IMG/VR virus record: IMGVR_UViG_3300010160_000038
Length of the DNA stretch: 64,000 bases
Source: an uncultured virus (IMG/VR IMGVR_UViG_3300010160_000038)
Lineage: Duplodnaviria > Heunggongvirae > Uroviricota > Caudoviricetes
Strand: one strand, 5' to 3'
Positions 59,796 to 64,000 of this stretch are shown piece by piece. Below the pieces are notes generated by a model that was not told the origin of the DNA, did not search any database, and was given only the letters and a program-made list of their open reading frames with translations. How positions within the stretch are numbered: the stretch's first letter is position 1; each line of letters starts with the position of its first letter. A program made the position numbers and the translations under genes.

Positions 59796-60134
59796 ATGAG
59801 AAAAATAGAAAAATTTAATGAATTTTTATTCAACAATGAAGAGAAAATAATTATTGAAATGATTGAGAAAGCAGAGTCTAGCCCATCAAGTGATTTAAAT
59901 TTAATATCCAATAGAAAAGAATATAAAGATGTTATTAAAATAGGTATAAAAGTTATACCTTATTTATTAGAGAGAAATTTAATAATATGGTCTAATGGAT
60001 TATCAGAATTAACAGGTAATAATATATCTAGTTCAGAATATTCATCTTCTGAAAGAGTTGAATATTGGAAAAAATGGGCATTTGATAATGGATTTCAGAA
60101 ATTAATATATAAAAGAAAAAATATTAAATTATGA
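59796..60134 (+). CDS. Hypothetical protein with CTS-like leader
   Basis: MRKIEKFNEF; helical IG..VIPYLL..W..W. Confidence 0.6.
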   Translation: MRKIEKFNEFLFNNEEKIIIEMIEKAESSPSSDLNLISNRKEYKDVIKIGIKVIPYLLERNLIIWSNGLSELTGNNISSSEYSSSERVEYWKKWAFDNGFQKLIYKRKNIKL

Positions 60135-60418
60135 AAAAGAAACACTTTTTTGGTTGGGATAATATCAAATGGGCATTTAGAGAATTACTGAATATTTATT
60201 CAAATAAAAATTCATATTTTTCTAAAAAAAGAATTGAATCTGGTATTGGGTTTATAATAGCAGAATGGGGTATGATTTATTTTTTAGTTAAAAAATTACC
60301 TACAATGACTACATCTGATTTTGCAATTTGGGCAGCAATGCAATTTGTAGTGGCTGGTTATATGATTAATCAGATTCAAAAAGAAAAGAAGTCTAATCAA
60401 ACTGATGAAACTAATTAA
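60131..60418 (+). CDS. Small two-TM membrane protein (holin-like candidate)
   Basis: YFSKKRIESG, two hydrophobic helices, charged tail; late motif upstream. Confidence 0.5.
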   Translation: MKKKHFFGWDNIKWAFRELLNIYSNKNSYFSKKRIESGIGFIIAEWGMIYFLVKKLPTMTTSDFAIWAAMQFVVAGYMINQIQKEKKSNQTDETN

Positions 60419-60421
60419 AAT

Positions 60422-60452
60422 AAAAAAAGCCACTTTTAAAGTGGCTTTTTTT
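60422..60452. terminator. Bidirectional terminator, same stem as 7509
   Basis: AAAAAAAGCCACTTTTAAAGTGGCTTTTTTT. Confidence 0.85.
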
Positions 60453-60453
60453 A

Positions 60454-61029
60454 TTATTTTCTATTATGTTTTGATTTAAACTTTCTAGTAAATTTATAGC
60501 TTTTAGATTCTGGAATATTTTCCAAATCAACAACCTCTCCTTTTTGTGCTTGTGCTTCTGGATCCAAACCTGTTTCAGTTTTTGCTTGAACTTGAGATTG
60601 TGCTCTTCTTTGTGCCATTCTATCTCTTTTCTTTTGAGCTTCAGCTTGTGCTTTAGGATTGTTTAAATAATCTACAACTTTATTAACATCATTTGTTTTT
60701 AAATCATGGCCATCAACTCTAAAATTACCAGTTTCAGATGGTAGATCAATTTCATAACCATTATAATAAACAACATTTCCTTTAATTTCTGAACCTTCTA
60801 AAACATCATATAATGCATTTAAATCACCACCTTCAATTGGTTTTTCATCATATTTAGCCAATGGTTCATCTTCAACAGATGGTCTTTCAGTTGGAACAAC
60901 AGAAGGTCTAACTGGTCTAGGTGTTTCTGTTGGTGTTGGAGTTGTAACTGGTGCAGGTTTTACCTCACCCATTTGAAACTCTTCATTTGTTTTAACAAAA
61001 TCATTGTATCTTTTAATAACTTTTTTCAT
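60454..61029 (-). CDS. Pro-rich hypothetical protein with CTS-like leader
   Basis: MKKVIKRYNDFVKTNEE; PTPTETPRP. Confidence 0.7.
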   Translation of the reverse strand: MKKVIKRYNDFVKTNEEFQMGEVKPAPVTTPTPTETPRPVRPSVVPTERPSVEDEPLAKYDEKPIEGGDLNALYDVLEGSEIKGNVVYYNGYEIDLPSETGNFRVDGHDLKTNDVNKVVDYLNNPKAQAEAQKKRDRMAQRRAQSQVQAKTETGLDPEAQAQKGEVVDLENIPESKSYKFTRKFKSKHNRK

Positions 61030-61062
61030 TTTTATAAATTATTTTTTATTATATATTAAAAT

Positions 61063-61524
61063 TTAATTTCCGTTTTTATTTTTAATTTCTGATATTACTA
61101 AATCTATAAAATCATCTAATTCATATTCAATCCCTTCACAAAAATCAAATATATCATACGGTTGTTTTTGGAAATCTAATATCACTTGTCCATTTTCATA
61201 TTCAATTATACAACCTGATAATCTACCCTTTATAGTTTTTTTACCACGTTTGATATCTGGGGCATATATTATGCCATAATATTTAATACAATCACTATCT
61301 TTTATTGTTCTTTCCCATTCAAATTTAAATAAATCATCATATATAATTTTATCTTCTTTATTTAATTTATCATGTTCTCTATCACCATCACCATTAGAAT
61401 ATGCATTTAAAAAATTCAATTCTTGTTTTGTAAGTGAATCCATGCCATATTTAGAAATCTTATCTAAGATTGTATTTAATCTATCATCTGATGTAAATTC
61501 TTCAAACATATAAAGATGTTTCAT
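61063..61524 (-). CDS. Protein with CTS-like leader and DUF6576-like motif
   Basis: MKHLYMFEEF; ILDKISKYGMDSLTKQELNFL. Confidence 0.7.
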   Translation of the reverse strand: MKHLYMFEEFTSDDRLNTILDKISKYGMDSLTKQELNFLNAYSNGDGDREHDKLNKEDKIIYDDLFKFEWERTIKDSDCIKYYGIIYAPDIKRGKKTIKGRLSGCIIEYENGQVILDFQKQPYDIFDFCEGIEYELDDFIDLVISEIKNKNGN

Positions 61525-61545
61525 TTTAATCTATATATTTTTATA

Positions 61546-61875
61546 TTAAACTATATTTTTAGGATTAAATTGCCAAAATCCATTAAAATCAAACATTCTA
61601 TTTCTGATAGTTTTATATATTATATCTAAATCACCATTTGTTTGGTATATAGCTATATAATTATTATTTATTTCCATTGGATTAAAGTCAATTCCACTAT
61701 TTGTTAATTTATTTATTTTGTTAATTCTATTCCATTTTTTAACTTCTTTTATAAAATTATCAACAAAAAATATTAAAAAATCATTATTATCATGATTTGA
61801 TATTAGATTAAAATCAATTCCATCATAAAATTTAATATTTATATTGGATTTTTTAACTTCTTCAATTAGCCTCAT
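61546..61875 (-). CDS. Hypothetical protein
   Basis: ORF in operon. Confidence 0.55.
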   Translation of the reverse strand: MRLIEEVKKSNINIKFYDGIDFNLISNHDNNDFLIFFVDNFIKEVKKWNRINKINKLTNSGIDFNPMEINNNYIAIYQTNGDLDIIYKTIRNRMFDFNGFWQFNPKNIV

Positions 61876-62060
61876 AAAATTGATTTAATTTTTAAATGTC
61901 TTTTTAATTTTAAATCTTTATTATATTTAATTTTAAATTTATTAAAATAATCTTCTGATATTTTAAATAAATGATATTGATTTTTAGTTATTTCACCTTT
62001 AATAATTCTCTCATTTAAAAAAATTAAAAATACATTATATAATGGATCTTCCTTTATCAC
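61872..62060 (-). CDS. Small hypothetical protein with RHLKIKSIL tail
   Basis: ORF, overlaps neighbours. Confidence 0.55.
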   Translation of the reverse strand: MIKEDPLYNVFLIFLNERIIKGEITKNQYHLFKISEDYFNKFKIKYNKDLKLKRHLKIKSIL

Positions 62061-62857
62061 TTTTTAGATCTTTTAGGATTATAATTAAAAACTATAGTAT
62101 TGTTGTCAATTATATTCATTTTATCTTTTTGTTTATCGAATAGAATATGGCTATCTTTCTCAGGTGATGTAAATATGAAATAATCAACTGGTTTACTTTT
62201 TAGTGTTCCAATATTATAACTTTTTACTTCCCATTTATTATCTGATAATTTTTTAAAATATTTTAATGGTTTTGCTTGGAAATAAATCTCTTTTCCCGTT
62301 TTTTTATTGGTTGCTATAAAATCAATTCCAATTCTATCTTTGGTTGAACCTGGTAAAAAACCATCACTTATATCAAATCCTATATTAAATAATTCTTTTA
62401 TGATTTTATGGGCTTTACGTTCATTTAAAAAACCATTTAATAGACTATTACCATTTATTTCTAAAAGCTTACCAAAATGGCTATTTTTATCCTTAAATAG
62501 TGAATATTTATTATCCCAGACCCAAGTTTCAAATTCTTTTATATTATCAACTGGTTTTCCATATATTTCCTTTATATATTTTATAACCATTGGATTTGTA
62601 TCAAAGTAGTTAATAACAGACCAATCACTACCATCTTCTTCAAAATCATTAATTCCATTAAACTTCATAAGTTCACCTAATGTATATACACCAACAACAC
62701 CACCTCTTCCTCTATTACCTAATGATGAATCAGATTTCCAATTATTATTATAGTAATATCTTAAACATCTAAAAACTATTTGTTTAAATTTTAAACTAAA
62801 TTTTGAATCCTCAACTACACTTTCTGTTATATACTCTAAAAATTTTAATATATTCAT
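62057..62857 (-). CDS. Putative PD-(D/E)XK-like nuclease with CTS-like leader
   Basis: G..NE, KDRIGIDF, YFQAK. Confidence 0.5.
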   Translation of the reverse strand: MNILKFLEYITESVVEDSKFSLKFKQIVFRCLRYYYNNNWKSDSSLGNRGRGGVVGVYTLGELMKFNGINDFEEDGSDWSVINYFDTNPMVIKYIKEIYGKPVDNIKEFETWVWDNKYSLFKDKNSHFGKLLEINGNSLLNGFLNERKAHKIIKELFNIGFDISDGFLPGSTKDRIGIDFIATNKKTGKEIYFQAKPLKYFKKLSDNKWEVKSYNIGTLKSKPVDYFIFTSPEKDSHILFDKQKDKMNIIDNNTIVFNYNPKRSKK

Positions 62858-62883
62858 AAGGTATATATTAAAATTTATATACT

Positions 62884-62909
62884 AAAAAACCCAACTTTAA
62901 GTTGGGTTT
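62884..62909 (-). terminator. Intrinsic terminator
   Basis: AAACCCAACTT-T-AAGTTGGGTTT with T tract on minus strand. Confidence 0.7.
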
Positions 62910-62912
62910 AAA

Positions 62913-63161
62913 TTATTTTATAGAATGACAAGTAATTTTAACATCTTGTGTATTCCAAACATCATCGATATAACAATTATCTAAAAATTCTCCTAAAGTT
63001 TTTTCAGTATCCCAATCTTCTTCTGATAAATCCCAAGTATTTTGAATATGAGTTTTATCTAATAAATATGGTTTTGAACTTCTACCTGATTTATCTAAAA
63101 CTTTAAAATATTTTTCTTCTTTACTTTCTGTGATAAATTCATTAAATTTTTTAATGCTCAT
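62913..63161 (-). CDS. Small protein with CTS-like leader (MSIKKFNEFITES)
   Basis: ORF. Confidence 0.65.
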   Translation of the reverse strand: MSIKKFNEFITESKEEKYFKVLDKSGRSSKPYLLDKTHIQNTWDLSEEDWDTEKTLGEFLDNCYIDDVWNTQDVKITCHSIK

Positions 63162-63208
63162 AATATGGTTTTTAATTTTTATTATATATAAATATTAAAA
63201 AATGAAAA

Positions 63209-64000
63209 TTATTTAAATCCTGAAAATATATCCATAACAACTGATAATCTTTCTGTTATAGCAGGCATACCCAATGGTTCAATAATAGAATTAATAGGTG
63301 ATAAAATTGATTTAGAAAATTGAAGATCAAAATTTATTTCAGGTCCAAATTCTATTGGGTATGAACCTCTTATATATGCAAATATATCACCATTTTTAGT
63401 ATTTTTACAATAATAGTATTTAATCTTTGTTCCAGATTTAATAGATTCATACTTATCTAAATATTCTTTATTAGTATTTAATAAATAATTATAATAAGCA
63501 GCAGCTTTAACTGCAAAGTGTGCTCCTTGAACAAATTGTAAAGGTAATACTTTATCATTAATTACTTTTGCTTCATAATTTGAACATGATGACTGTAAAG
63601 AAATATCATCTATATCAGCTAATTCAAATTCTTTTCTAAGTGTTTTAACAAGTTTTAATAATTCTTTAATATTGAAATCATCAGGATGTGTAAATAAATA
63701 TTTAACAATATCTACAATTTTTTCCCTTGCAAATGCTGGTGTTGATGATCTAACTAACTCTACTCCTTTAGGGAAAATATATTTAAATCTATCATAAGGT
63801 ATACCATCTTCATAAACAATATGTTGTATATATTTTTTCTTTGCTAATGATATAATAGATTCAGATATTCTTTCTAATTCAAAATCTTCTTTATTTTCAA
63901 CTCCAAAACTTTCAGCATAATCTGCTAAACATTTTTTAAAATAATCACAATATCTAAAATAATCAACACCTTGGATAAAGTCTACTTCTCTTGTCCAATT
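63209..64000 (-). CDS. Family B DNA polymerase, C-terminal part (5' truncated, absent from ORF track)
   Basis: Hand translation: FELERISE..AKKKY..KGVELVRSSTPAFAR..KAAAYYN..KIKYYY; TAA at 63211-63209. Confidence 0.9.
   Translation of the reverse strand, partial: NWTREVDFIQGVDYFRYCDYFKKCLADYAESFGVENKEDFELERISESIISLAKKKYIQHIVYEDGIPYDRFKYIFPKGVELVRSSTPAFAREKIVDIVKYLFTHPDDFNIKELLKLVKTLRKEFELADIDDISLQSSCSNYEAKVINDKVLPLQFVQGAHFAVKAAAYYNYLLNTNKEYLDKYESIKSGTKIKYYYCKNTKNGDIFAYIRGSYPIEFGPEINFDLQFSKSILSPINSIIEPLGMPAITERLSVVMDIFSGFK

Noticed and set aside
2739..62609. Antisense or overlapping ORFs in the track (e.g. 2739-3164, 18405-18641, 21017-21355, 40799-41218, 49624-49980, 50261-50476, 55444-55719, 62307-62609)
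   Set aside because: They are shadows of well-supported genes and show no recognisable motifs
1..64000. Genome-wide stop-codon reassignment as in some large Bacteroidota phages
   Set aside because: Coding density is high in code 11, conserved genes are intact, TAA/TAG/TGA all end genes and no suppressor tRNA is seen
1..64000. CRISPR array or cas genes
   Set aside because: No regularly spaced direct repeats seen; the RuvC protein has TnpB size and no array

Overview
A very AT-rich, densely coding 64-kb segment of a large T4-like (jumbo) myophage genome read in the standard code. The host is probably Bacteroidota, judged from TAnnTTTG promoters, a T9SS-style secreted protein, lipoproteins/beta-barrels and a Bacteroidota-type SerA. 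It holds the start of a minus-strand tRNA operon (His, atypical Phe, Trp, partial Ser) with an inserted homing endonuclease, four C5 DNA methyltransferases, RNase H, NAMPT, Sir2, LOG, Nudix, patatin, ClpP, FKBP, a solo TnpB, a baseplate module with peptidoglycan hydrolases, a broken UvsW-like helicase, a primase and the C-terminus of a family B DNA polymerase. Highlights: (1) a trp-style ribosome attenuator (29-aa leader with 1:2/2:3/3:4 hairpins) in front of the tRNA operon, whose control codons match the downstream tRNAs; (2) a helicase split by intein-like (Hint) remnants and interrupted again by a 7-nt, stop-containing insert inside strong RNA structure; (3) about 19 proteins with a T4 capsid-targeting-like N-terminal leader, mostly behind a TAATATATA motif; (4) a four-member SCM/GRALLW/MDRIY/YPYMDT family with swapped tails. 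All family assignments come from motif recognition by eye; no database searches were run.
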